NCBI GenBank assembly: GCA_905178155.1
Contig: CAJINV010000004.1
Location: 1,998,391-2,062,390 of the forward strand
Origin: Amoebophrya sp. A120
Lineage: Eukaryota > Protista > Dinoflagellata
Direction: 5' to 3'
DNA: 64,000 nucleotides
Under the pieces are notes generated by a model. That model did not search any database. It was not told where the DNA came from and was given only the letters and a program-made list of their open reading frames with translations. Shown here in pieces: positions 37,467 through 49,534 of this stretch. Made by a program: the position numbers and the translations under genes. The first letter of the stretch is position 1; every line of letters starts with the position of its first letter.

Positions 37467-40400
37467 TCAAGAGTCGTACTTGTCCGCAAGTGCCTCAAGC
37501 TGATCGCTCCGGTTTGAGGCACCCGCAAGTTCAGCTTTTTTTTTCCGGTTCCGTCGCAGTTCGTCCGCACTCTCCGCTGCAGCCTGCGCCTGCCGCAGCG
37601 CAAACGCGGGGAGATACCCCTTGCGCACCGCTTCGAGGAGCCGATCGAACAGCAAGCGGTCTAGCTCCGCGGCAGAAACGGGGGCGAGATTCAGGTATTA
37701 CAGTGAAAAATGCCCCCAGCCCGGAATTTGCAAAAGTTTCTCATGTAAAGTTTCCAAATGAAAGCTTTTTGTCTTGCATGAAAGGACTACGAGCCTCTCC
37801 GACCCAGAATCTAGGTGCGCAAGGCATCTTTTGCATAACAGATCCGGCTAGTGTTGGTCTCCTTTGCAACACAGATCTGAGCTATTCGACATGAAAAATT
37901 TGTGATGCTGATATATGCAAGACGGGGAATGTTTCTATTGGAAATTGCAATACAAATGCCTTCGAGTTCTGGGGTGGGGGCATTTTTCATTGTAATATCA
38001 GGTATTGAAAGTACTCGACCCAGGACTCCAGACCGCCGCCGCCCTCGCGAAATTTCTTGAAAAACTCCGTCAAGCGATTATCCTATGAAAAAACGTCGGC
38101 GCCCCATAGTCGAGATGGCAGATCTGCTAGACAAACCAATCAGCTTTGACTGTCGCGCATGACAAGTTTGGCACCGTAGCGATATACTGTTTAGCTAGTT
38201 AAGCAGCATCACAGATCTCGTATATCATGCTGATTGGAGCATCACACACTCCAAAACACCACTAGAAAATACTTATCACGGGGCTCCGCATGAGAAACAT
38301 TTCGTTTCCAGCATGCAGATTTGCATTACAACTAAGGGGTGGGGACGATTTTACTTGGGATAGCGATTAACGACGGCTCTGTCGGGTTTTCCCTTCGTGG
38401 CGTTGTACTGTTGCAGTCGGAGCTTGTATGGTGGGAAAAGTGTTTCACGGTAAAAAGGATTTCGCTTTTGCAAGTTGTGCATTACAAATCACAAATGGCA
38501 AATAAAACTTGCCATGCGTACTTCCTAAGTGAAAACACGGTGTTGCATGTGTAGCAAGACAAATGCGTCTGTGTTGCTGCATTCTATGCATCACAAGTTT
38601 ACAGCGAAACAGTTTTTTCTTGCGATAGCTTTGGGAAGGACGAAAACCCGGTCCTTTCCATTGCGGTCCCGGCAAGGTGGATCCCCGCAGCGCCGGCGGT
38701 CCGCTGCGCGGCGGCGGCGGCCAACACCGCCTCTTGACTGGTCTCTCGTCGAAACACCACATTGCGGAGGAACCAGACATTGAAGACCAAAAGCCGAACA
38801 TCGTATTTAAAAATGTCCCCACCCCAGAGTTAAAAATGGTTGTCATGCGGAGCCCCACGAGAAGCATTTTCCAGTTGTGTTTTGGAATTTTCCATGCTCC
38901 AATTAGCATGATATACTAGATCTGTGATGCTGCTCAGATAGCTCAAACAGCACTACGCTACGAGTCGAAATTTGTCATGCAAAACAGCCAAACCTTGTGG
39001 ATTTGTCTACCCGAATCCCCGTCTTGACTATGGGGTGGGGACGTTTTTACATAGGATACCGAATGCTGACGATGGATGCCAGGAACGTCTTTTCGAGGCG
39101 AAACGGCTCGGAGCAGCTGCTAGTGGCGAGCTTCGGGTACGGTCCCAGCGTCCAGCCCGCGTTTCGGTCCAGCGTTTATCAACTGCAACTCTGTCTGGGT
39201 CTGGAATAAACTTGTGATGCGGAACGCTGAAGATTAGATTTGGAAGGAACACTACATTTGTGGGTGCAGACAAGCATGACAAGTTTTGAGAACGGCTGCT
39301 CACTTGTGCGAGCAAACTGCTACTCCGCTTGTGCATGAACCAATGTATTTTTGCCGGTCATGCAATACAGATGCGAGACGTGCATTCCACCAATGCAAGA
39401 CGAGCATTGCACGTTCAACCTTTCCAGAGGACCCAGACATATTTGCAATGGATAGCGTCTCCCGCAGCACAATCGCGGCCACGTCGTCCCAGGAGTACTT
39501 TTCGCTAACGGACAGCAAGTATGGATTGCAAAAATGTCTGGATCTGGAAGATTGCAACTTGTCACGCTAAATCCGAATAATGCAAAAATCTGTGTTGCAT
39601 GAGTGCCACAAGCTGTCCACTTTCGACCAAGTTGGGAGGGAGTTTCTCATGCAGGATAGGCATGGCAGAGACCTCGCAGAATCTGTCATGCTAGGTCCCG
39701 CATTCCAGACCTCCTGGGTCAAGGGTCATGGAAAACCTCCTGCATGACAAGTTTACACCCCTCCAGACCCAGGCATATTTGCATTTGATAGCAAGCACAG
39801 AAACTCGCCAAGATTCGGCACAAATTTCTTGGTCCGAAACTCCTCGCCCTGCACAAAGCTGGTCAGTTTGTTCTCGATTTTTCGCTGCAGGCTCGGGAAC
39901 TTCGCCAGCACCGAGAGAAACAGATGGTGGAAGCCGATGTAGCCCTCGAGTGCTTTCTCCGAGTGATGCAGTTCGCCCTTCAGCAGAAACACCACCTGCG
40001 AGTTCATCAGCTTTGGCAGCACGTCCAGCGCATACTCGAAATCGCCCTCGGTTAGCGTAGGTCGACTTTGCGGCACGACGGGACAAACAGGATGATCGGG
40101 CTCTACTTTATTTCGGTCGTGTTCTTCTTCTCGATCCCGGAGCATCTCTGCCGTTGCGTCGCCGCCAGTAGAATTCTTTTCCGTCGTCTCTGTTGCAGCA
40201 GCAGACGCAGCGCGCTTGGCCAGAGCTATAGCCTTCGCCTCTTCCTTCTGCTTTTTCCACTCGTCCAAAGAGCAAATCTTGCCCCCGCCCCGCACCGCCT
40301 CGCGCATCTGCGCGCCCGCGTGGAAGGCCTTGCTGCCCTGTTGCGTCCCGTAGGACCGCGTTTTCGCGGCGACGTCACTGTTACCGAGCTGCTGGAACAG

Positions 40401-43400
40401 GTCGGCGAGATACTTGATGGCGCGCTCGAAGTGCTCTGCATCCACTGCGGCCGGCATCCAGAAGGCGATGCGGTCGTTCCACACGCTCGTGCGGACCCCG
40501 AAGTCGTAGAAGCCCTCCTTGCTGATCAGGTCGAAGCTGCAGTGAAAGGCCAGCCGGTCGCTGTTCGCGGCTTCCGGGCGGATCTCCAGCCCCACCCCGA
40601 GCACGGCCTGCTTGTAGCACAGCCCGGTCACAAAGCACGCCTGCGCGTCGTAGTGTTTGGTCTCGATGGTGAACAACGTTTTCCGCAGCGCCGCCACGTC
40701 CACAACCGAGCGGTGCGGGTACCGGCTCCGCTCTTCCTCGAGCCGCTGGAGGCATTCCCGGTGCCATTTCTGCCGGGCCTGCATCTCCTCCTTATGAAGA
40801 GAAAAAAGTTTGTCAGCATTACAAATTTTTTTAGCATCACAACTTCTCCTTGTATTGCAGAAACACTAGGGAAATCCCTTATGAAGTGTGGCTGTGATGC
40901 ATTTCTACGCATGACAGACAATTTTGTATTGCAAAAATGTCCATGAGTGATCGTGACGAGCTTTTTTCTTTTGATACTCCTCGATCTTTTTGTAGTACAA
41001 GACTCCGGCCTCCAGCGCCTCCCGCTCCTCTTTCGGCATTTTGCGCCGGTGTTCGCTCTATCAAGTGCAAATATGTCTGGGTCTGGAAGGATGCCAGATT
41101 TGTCGTGCAGGTTTCCCATGACCGATGACGTCTGGAATGCAGCACCTAGCATGACAAATTCTGTGAGACCTCAATCATGCCTATCCTGCATGAGAGACTC
41201 CTTCTCAACTTGGTAAAAAAGGCCGGCTGTTGGTAAACCTGCGATACAGATTTTTATGCATGATTCAGATTTAGCATGACAAGGCGCAACCTTCCAGACC
41301 CAGACATATTTGCAATTCGTACGCTCTCCAAGTGCTGCTGCAGCTTCTTCTCCAGTGCCGCTTTCTTCGCCTTTTCCTCCTTCGTAAAGTCGAATTGGAA
41401 CGCGCGGTAGTCCAGCAATTTGGCATCCTCTTCGGCCGACAAAACGTGCGGGTAGCAGGACGCCGCCTGCTTCAGCCACTGGCTGCTATGCATTGCAAAC
41501 ATGTTGTCTAGGTCTGGAAGATTGGTCATGCGTGCCTGACATGACTCGGAAATCTTCTGTCACGCGTAGATGCAAAAAGATCGTCTTGTCTGTAATGCAA
41601 AAGCGCAGTCTGCTATGCGGAATACGCAGCAACACTAGCAGCTTGAAAGCTTATCACGCTTGCTGGCCAAGGTTTATTTTTACAGTGTGCCCGTTATTCT
41701 CTGGCTTGCATCACAAGTTTCCAGACCCAGACATATTTGCGTTTGATAGCTGTGCTTCAGCTGCAGCTGTTTGTCCGAAACGCAGCACGCGGCATCGTAG
41801 TCGAAGTGCTGAGCAGCAGTCGTGGGGGAATAATTGTGATAAGTGCAACTCGTGCTGGTGCCAGGATGTAGTTGCACAAATCGAGTGGCATCTTGTTCGT
41901 CCTTTCTACAAGTACCTGGGACGACTTTTTTCTCAGCAGGCGGATGATCTTCGTGGTCTGCACTTCTTGTTCTTTCCTCTAGTTCTAATTGGCAAGTTTG
42001 TCCGTGGACCGCTGGATTTACCATTTCGGGACCAGTCTGCAAATGTTCTCGCTTCGGCTTCTCGACCAAAATGAAACTTTCGTCCTTTTTCTCGCAAGAG
42101 GTCGGCGTGACAAGCGTCGACATCTGAGTCTGTGCAAAACTCTCGCGTTTGATTTCCGGTTCTTTTTTCGACGGAACTGGAGCGCGCAGCGGCCGGACCA
42201 TGTATTCCCAGCGGGCTTTCCGCATGCTGGTAGAGTGCTGGTCGAGGGACAGGTCCAGCTTGAACGGACGATGCTTTATTTTTGCAGTTTTTTCACTCGC
42301 GTCGCAAGACGTAGCTGTCGCAGTGCCACTCGCGGTCGTCGTCGTCCAGTGTACCACCCACACGGAGACGCGGTCGCCGACGCAGAACCGCGCGGTCTTC
42401 CGGTCCGTCCAGAGACTGTGCCTGGCCGAGGTCGAAGCCCCCCAATAGTGCGACTCAGAAGAGCAGTCGTCGGTTATCGTGAGGAAAAATCCCCCCTCCC
42501 CATATTGAAAAGGTATGTAGTTCCCGAAAATTTGTGTTGCTGATTTGAGGTCACAAATCACGTCTGTCTTGCAAGAAGACAAGTGCAGGGGCTCTCGCGC
42601 CCTTATGGAAGCGATTTGGCATGCTGTCGGGCCTAAAGGGGGGCCGTTTGCCATGCTGAGCAACTAGACCCAATTGCCCCCACCTAGCCTGGGGATCTGG
42701 CCGCAATGCCTTTCTGCAACACAAATCTGATTTGTGTATCCAAATCCAGCATCAGAAATTTCTTTTCGATATGGGGAGGGGGGATGTTTCCTTTTGATAT
42801 CGGTCAACACTACATTCCCGGCGGTTTCTCCGTACTCGTACTTCCGCACCAGACCGACGATGGTGTCGCTGACCGCGACAAAAATCCCGAGCGTTTTCTC
42901 CTTCCGGACATCCATCACGATCCCCTCGAGGCGCTGGCCGGGCTGGAACATGTCTGCTTTGGGGCAGCACAAAGTTCCGCCGTCATTTCTGATTTCTCCG
43001 GCAAAAGTGGGCAGGAGCGAGAAAGTCAACATCAGTTTCTGTTGCGCAGCAGACTCCTCTGGTAGTTGTTCTGCAGGTGAACTTCTACAACTCTTTGCGG
43101 GGTGCTCGTTATGTTCTCGTTCCTGCACGAGGACCATCGGGCTCTTTATTCCATCGACATTCATCGCAGAAGCTCTTTTCAATTTCATCTTCCCTGCCGA
43201 GGTACTACAACTATCGGAACAAAGTCTGACCTGTTTCACATACAGTGGAAAGTCGTCAAACAAAAAGTCGGGATCGCCGTCGAGCACCGACTTTAGCCGC
43301 GGCCCGAGGGCCGTCCCTCCTGCTCGGTTGCGGTATTCCGCCATGACCGTTTTGCACCGCCAGATTTGCTTCAACGGGTTCGGAAGTCCGATCGTGGTGG

Positions 43401-46400
43401 TGACAGTAGAAGTACTACTCCTACTTTCTTCAAAATCCGCTGCGTCCTCTCCCCTTGCGCTTCTTCTGCTCTGCACTCGAGCATGTTCCTTCTCCTTTTC
43501 GGCGAAGAAAAGCTTCATCCATGGCGCGAAGGGGAGCAACCCCTCAATCTTCGATTTTGTACTTTTGGTCGTGCTTCTTCTTCCAAATAATCCGCGAGAG
43601 CAGTGCGTCGAGTTTTCATCTTCCTCGCGTTCCGGTCGTTCTCCAGGTTTTTCTTGAGCGCTCTCATCTTCCAGCCTGAAGAAACAGCCAAAATCGCAGA
43701 CGTTACGCAGCTTGGAATCAAAAAGCGGCACGTTGTGCACGCGAAGCTCGTCGAGAAAATGGCGATGCAATTTAACCTGCTGAGATAGGCATAAGTGTTC
43801 TACTTGCGCGGCCAGAGGAATCTTCTGCAGCCAGGAAACAGCCGGTCTCTCACTACTGTTCCGCAACGTCGCGCTCGACGAAGTTGCGCTGAGACTGACC
43901 AGATCCCCGTCGCCAAGGCTCCACACGTCGAAGTCCGCGTGTTGGAGCAGCAAACCAGTTGGCGGAGCAGTAGAATCTTCTTCTGCGCTCGAAGCGGCTT
44001 CATCTACTTCGATTACATTTTCCGCTACTTCTGGATCATGATCACCAGATGCGTTAGAAACCGTTTCACCGTTATTTCGTCGTCTTCTCCCCGCAGGAGA
44101 AGCAGCGACTTGTCCTCCGCCTGCACTAGTGAATAAAGCGCAGTTCTGCATCTTTTTGCCATCAGATACATCTGCGCGACCAGGTGTTGAAGAAGATTTT
44201 TTATCATTTAAAACCGCAAACGATTCCTCCGACGACAGTTCTTCCAGCAGGCGGCTGGCGCCCCAGCTGGAGAGGGACCGCGCGTCGCTGACCAGGACGA
44301 AACTGCTCTTCTCCGTGCGCAAATCGGATAGAGAAATAACGTCTTCCGAAATTACAGAAAAGGAAGAATCTCGGGAGGAAAGAACCGCTGATCGTTTGTT
44401 CCGTTCAGAAGTACCGGCTTTGTGCGAGGTAGCAGGAGCGGCGTCGTGAAAACAAGAAGCATCTGTATCCTCCTCGACGACTCGCATCAGCACCGTCCCC
44501 GTGTCCTTCTTCAAATTGTACGACTTTGCCACCGTCGGCACTGTAGTGGCACCACCACTTCTGCCGTCCACCCCGGAGGCGTAGTTCCTGCGCTGATTAT
44601 TTCCCCCGAAGACGACGTCCTGCTGCCTGGTACCTGCCCGGCCGGTGGTGCAAGCTGGTGGCAATTCCCAGGCCGGCCGCATGCCTGTCTCGCAATAGTT
44701 CTCGACCAGCGCGACGCGGCTGAGCGGCACGTTCTTCAACAAAACACACTGGAGCAGCGGTAGTTCATCTTGCGGGCTTCTGGATAACATCTTCATTGTT
44801 CCCTGACGATTGATGGCACGGCTACCAGCATTCGATTGGCTCATCACGTCCGGCAAGGGCTTCACCGGGTGGCTGCGCCCACACGCACTGGTGACAGCGT
44901 GGTTGTAGTCGGGCTGTGCATGCTTCCCGTGCACAAGATGCGCGTACTTCACGACGACTGCGTTTTCATCTTCTTCCAGGCCTATTCCGGCTTCTTCTAG
45001 TGGCTCGAGCGGAGCAGGAGCGTCGTCACAGACTTGATTCGCGACCTTTTCATCGGTTGGGACTCCTTCTATATGACCAGTTCTTCGTTCTTTATTCCCC
45101 TGTATACATTCGCAAAAGTATCGCTTTAGCAGTAGAGATGCCATCAAAAAAAAATACTTAATTCCGATCATACTTAGTAGTTGCAATGCAATGCATTTTG
45201 CATGATGGCGATTACTAGCTACGCGATACTTCATAGAGGATATCTTGGCCGAGACCGCGAAACACGTGACCCGGGACGTAGTCCACGCAAAAACTTGCGT
45301 TCTTTTTCCCCGCAGTTTTGTGGTTCCCCGTGTGACCACCAACTGCCCCTTTCTTCTTGTACAAACGACTGGCGGTCGTGGCCATGATTTTGTCGTACAA
45401 AACGTCTCCGTACAAGGCTTTTACAGCTGCTTTCTCATTGTCGTCCAGCACCGCAGTGGCGGTCCGCCTCCCGTGTTGACTTGCATTCTTCGCGACGTCT
45501 TCCGTCCAGCTTAGCATGGTTTGGTTTTTCGGCGCGAACGCGCTTTGAAGCGCCGCGCTTGTTGCCGGTGTTGCCCTGCTGCTCACATTCCCCGCGGCGG
45601 TGGTGGCAGGAGAAGTGCTCCCCGCAGCTACCGCGGAGATATTATTGCTCGACGTCCCAGAAGGAGTAGTTTTGGTTGAATCTTTTGTATTCAAATCACG
45701 AACTCCATCCTGATCAGCATCATCCTTCTCCACGAAAAAGTAACAATCGCAGCAAAGTTCATCCGGCTTGACGCGCCCCACGATCGCAAACTTGACGAAA
45801 GCGCCGCGCAGCTCCAAGTAGGACGCGGAAGCAGAACGACCTCCGTGTCGGTCCGGTCGGATGTGATTTTTGCTTCTCACCAGCACGCCGTCCCTCCTCC
45901 GCACAAAGTCCTGGTACTTCTGGGCAGCTGAGGCTGACACAGCCCCCCCTGCGATCATTGTGCTACCAGATAAGGAAAGTAGACCGTCGGCATTTTTTTC
46001 CTTCTCCTCTTCCTTCTTTGACAGCATGACGTGCTTTCCCTGGATGCAGTCGAAGAGATTCTGCGTTTTTTCCTTGGAAAATCCGAAATTGAAAATGTCC
46101 AGGTTCTCGTTGATATTCATCCGGCTGCGGTAGGACACATCAGGGACGCCGAAAAACCGCAGAGACACCAGATCTCCAGTCTGCAGCACTCCGGGCACGC
46201 GGGTCGGGATAGACAGGGTTTTTTTGATCGCTCTGCCTGTTCCCTCGCCGGGGGCAGAATGAAGATCCTCCTCGTCGCAATTGTCGAAAAACAGGTTCGG
46301 GTCATCGTCGCAGAGAGCGGCGGGAGCACGAGCATCCTCTACTGCCAGTGCATTGCGGTCTTTGTCACATTCATCCGTGCTGTCTTTGTTCGGACCACGG

Positions 46401-48521
46401 CCTGCTGTGCCGGCAGCACAACTTCCTTCCCTTGCATTCTTTTCCTCGTGCGGAACCACGGAGTCGACAGGTAGCAGGAGCTCCTCCCCGTTCTTCAGTA
46501 CTTCTGCCGAATCTGTTTCTATTTCTGTGGCCGCGTCTTTTTGATGTTCGGCTATCTTATCATTTACATTTCGGGCTGGGGGGAGATGATCCCCCGTCAT
46601 CTCCTCCGGAAGTTCAAGCGCGTCAACTAAACTGGACGTAGCGGTAACAACAGTGGACTCCGTGGTCTTCGAGTCACTCGCGGTGAAACCTGAATTCGCG
46701 GCCTCATCTTCTTTCGCCCCGGTTGCCGGCGCTCCTTTTGGATCGCCATTTCCCAAAGAGTATTTTTCGAACAAAAAGTTTCGTCCCCGGTAGCCGCAGT
46801 CCTCGCAGACGCAGTTGTCTGAATCCTGCTGAGCCTTGTGCAGGGCTGCGCACACCTGGGCCGCAGACTTCCGGTGGTCGCCGGAATAGTAGTCCCAGAG
46901 CGTGTTCTATGGCGAGAAAAAACTGTCTCAATTTTTGTCATGCTCGACACGCAAGAACAAACAAGGCATTTGTCATATAATGTCTCTTCCTCCCTTCTTG
47001 TGCTTGACGCATCACAGGTAGTTGCGTGTGTGTCATGCTGACCGAATCTGTGTAAGTAAGTTGCGGAGAAGTCTGCAAAGGTTTATTGAGGACAGTTGTT
47101 TTCTTCCTGCTCGGATAGGTTCCTTTTCGTGACGCCGTCCTCGAGGTAGATTTCCCGGTCGAAGAGCAAGCACTGCAACTGCACCAGCACCGACTCCACT
47201 GAGTAGCTGGGACTCCACCCGGAATACCGGCTGTTCGCCCGGGTCGGCAGCGTCATATCCAAACAAAAAACCGTGTAAGTAAGTGTAACTTTCTTCGGTT
47301 GACAGCATCACAAATTTGCTCTACATGACAGAGAAAACCTGTCAAGCGCTGCTTGCAAGGGAAGACACACATGAAAAAAGGACTTCGTGGTTGTGCGGCA
47401 CGACAGGCGTAACTCTGTTGCATATTCTGCATTACAGAGTTACACTTACGCAGTTTTTCTTCTCGCATACGTCAGTAGGTCCGTGCAGAGCTCATAAGTC
47501 TTCTTCACCCGGCCGTTTATGCCCTGGGCGTAACTAATCGTATCAAATGCAAATATGTCTGGGTCTGGAAAGGTAGAACTTGTAATGCGTGTCATGCATG
47601 CCTGGAAAATCTGTGTTGCATGAGCAGCAACTGGGCTGCAGCTTCCCTTGTCATGCAAAAACGCAGTTTGTAATGCGTGTTAGGCACCATCAGTGGGCGC
47701 TTCGGAAGCCTGTCATGCTTCGCTGCCATTGAAAGCGTTGCAATCATGCACAATTCAGCATGACAGATTTCCAGACCCCGACATATTTGCATTTCGTAGC
47801 TCGTGTTGTAGAGCCAGGTGGACAGGTTGTTCCAGACGCAGCAGTGCGGGAGGTAGTTTTGCAGTCCCACTTTCGGTATAAAATGCAAACGTGTCTGGGT
47901 CTGGAACAGTTTGTCATGCATTTTCTGAAATGGATACATAGATGGTCTGGAATGCGAATGCACGTGAAGCATGACAATTTTTGCGATTCTTGCGATTGCT
48001 TTTTAATGCATATCCTGCATGTTGAGGAGCTCGCCATTATTTGTGTGGCAAAACGTGGGCAGCGTTCATTGGCACTCATCTGCAAAAATTCAGATTTTTC
48101 CCCGCTCGAGATTTCGCATCACACAACTCACACCCTTGTTCCAGACCCAGCCATATTTGCAAACAATATTCGGCGGCTTCTTCGGGTAGTCCTCGGGAAA
48201 AAGGACGATCAGGTGCACTTTCAATCCTGTGAAGTGCCCGGACAAGGGCGCAATGGTCACGTGCCATTCGTACAGATTGCTCTCCTTCACGTGGAGGCTA
48301 ACGCCGGGGAGCGGGTGCTTCGTCAAGTAGTCCAGATCTTTCAGCAGTCGGTACTGGACCAAAACTTTCTCCTTCTTGTGCAAGTTCGACAACGAAGTGT
48401 AGCTGCCTAGTGGGTTCGCGGCCGTGCCGGGGCTGGAGACGGGTGCTGGGACAGGGGCGGTAGTTGGTCCCGTAGGGTTATTTGTCGCGGAAGTTGTTGT
48501 AGGGGAGGACATGTTTTGCAT
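37467..48521 (-). CDS. Large multidomain protein: N-terminal ubiquitin-conjugating (E2/UBC) domain, S1/OB-like repeats, conserved C-terminal domain
   Basis: RLLKDL...NLYEWHVTI...LFPEDYPKKPPKV...YLPHCC...YELCTDLL (catalytic Cys position)...GWSPSYSVESVLVQLQCLL. S1-like segments: FQPGQRLEGIVMDVR...GIFVAVSDTIVGLV and VGDRVSVWV...LDLSL. C-terminal part: SFDLISKEGF...GVRTSVW, HHSEKALEGYIGFHHLF, VPNLGEFL. Confidence 0.75.
37696..39790. mobile_element. Introner cluster (37696-37997 F, 38079-38362 C, 38799-39058 C, 39177-39454 A, 39520-39790 A)
   Basis: Direct repeats TCAGG, GCGAT, CCGAA, GCGTT/GCGTC and GCAAG. Confidence 0.88.
41059..42799. mobile_element. Introners 41059-41321 A, 41487-41748 A, 42475-42799 E
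   Basis: Direct repeats CGCTC, GCTGC/GCTGT and TCGGT. Confidence 0.88.
47541..48168. mobile_element. Introners 47541-47798 A and 47877-48168 A within the UBC domain
   Basis: Family A TIRs; direct repeats AATCG/GCTCG and TTCGG. Confidence 0.88.
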
Positions 48522-49534
48522 TTTGATTCTCTTTCGTTTGATTTTTACGTCAACCAATATTAGTAGGATCTTCCAGGATCTTGGAAATACTTTAGGTTTA
48601 CGAAATAGAGAGATGCAGATTAGAACCAGAAGGGTGCAGCGCCGATTAAAACGTTGGTTCTAGAAATAATAAATAACATCCAGCAGGAACGGCAACTCCT
48701 GGCTCCGTCAGCACAAACAAGTTTACATCGTTTTCTTTCGTTTTGTCAAAGCCAAGTGCTCACCGAAAGAAATCAACAGAAAATGAGCATCCAAAGAATT
48801 ACCGAAAACCCCAACGTATGATGCTTCTCGTTCTACAGGGAGGGGAAAATACTAAAGCGGGTTGCCGCGGGGGCAGCTAACGAAGAGGAGGTGTTTGCGA
48901 ATGTTCTTGTAGAGAAGAGGCGATAAAGCAAATGCAAAATGAAACAACTACCGACGAAACAAATGTCATGTCGAAACAGATTCCCTGCGGTGTGGTGAAG
49001 CAAACTCCAGCTGGTAGGTAGGATCTGATCGCGCTCAAATCAGGGTGGACAAGATCGCGGATTTTCGAAGTGTTCTCGTGAGCAAGAGTGCCGACTTTAG
49101 CCGTTGACATGCAGACATGAAGGAGAGCCCGCGTGGACGACCGGTTTGAATACCAATAGATCATGTGTCGGGTTGCTGGTGTAATACTGACAAGGAACTC
49201 AGTTACACCTTCGTTTAAAGCCTCGAAGATGAGGTGTAAGCAAATAACTACGTCGGAAAACCGAAAAAAACGAGCGAGAGCAGCGAGAAACAAACAATCA
49301 GGCGAACAAAATGTGAACAAGACGTCCTTGCAAGCGACAAGGAAACGCAGTGCGTCGGTAGCGATGGTAATGGTTAATCTCGGTACCTCGAAAAAAAAAT
49401 AAGTGGAATGGGAATCCAGTACATCAATGAGATTTACGTTCATAGGTGTCGTGACTCAAAAGCGCACTACTCGTCAGTCGTCACTTTTTCTCATTGCGCG
49501 TGGAATCTTTAGAGACCGGCTACTTATCTGCTTC

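Noticed and set aside
19633-48410. Recurrent peptides such as NMSGSG, PDPDIF, FQTQT and QICLGLE in many ORFs
   Set aside because: These are translations of introner TIRs, not a protein domain.
48877-49443. 188-aa minus-strand ORF
   Set aside because: No recognisable motif and atypical composition; it may be UTR or intergenic.
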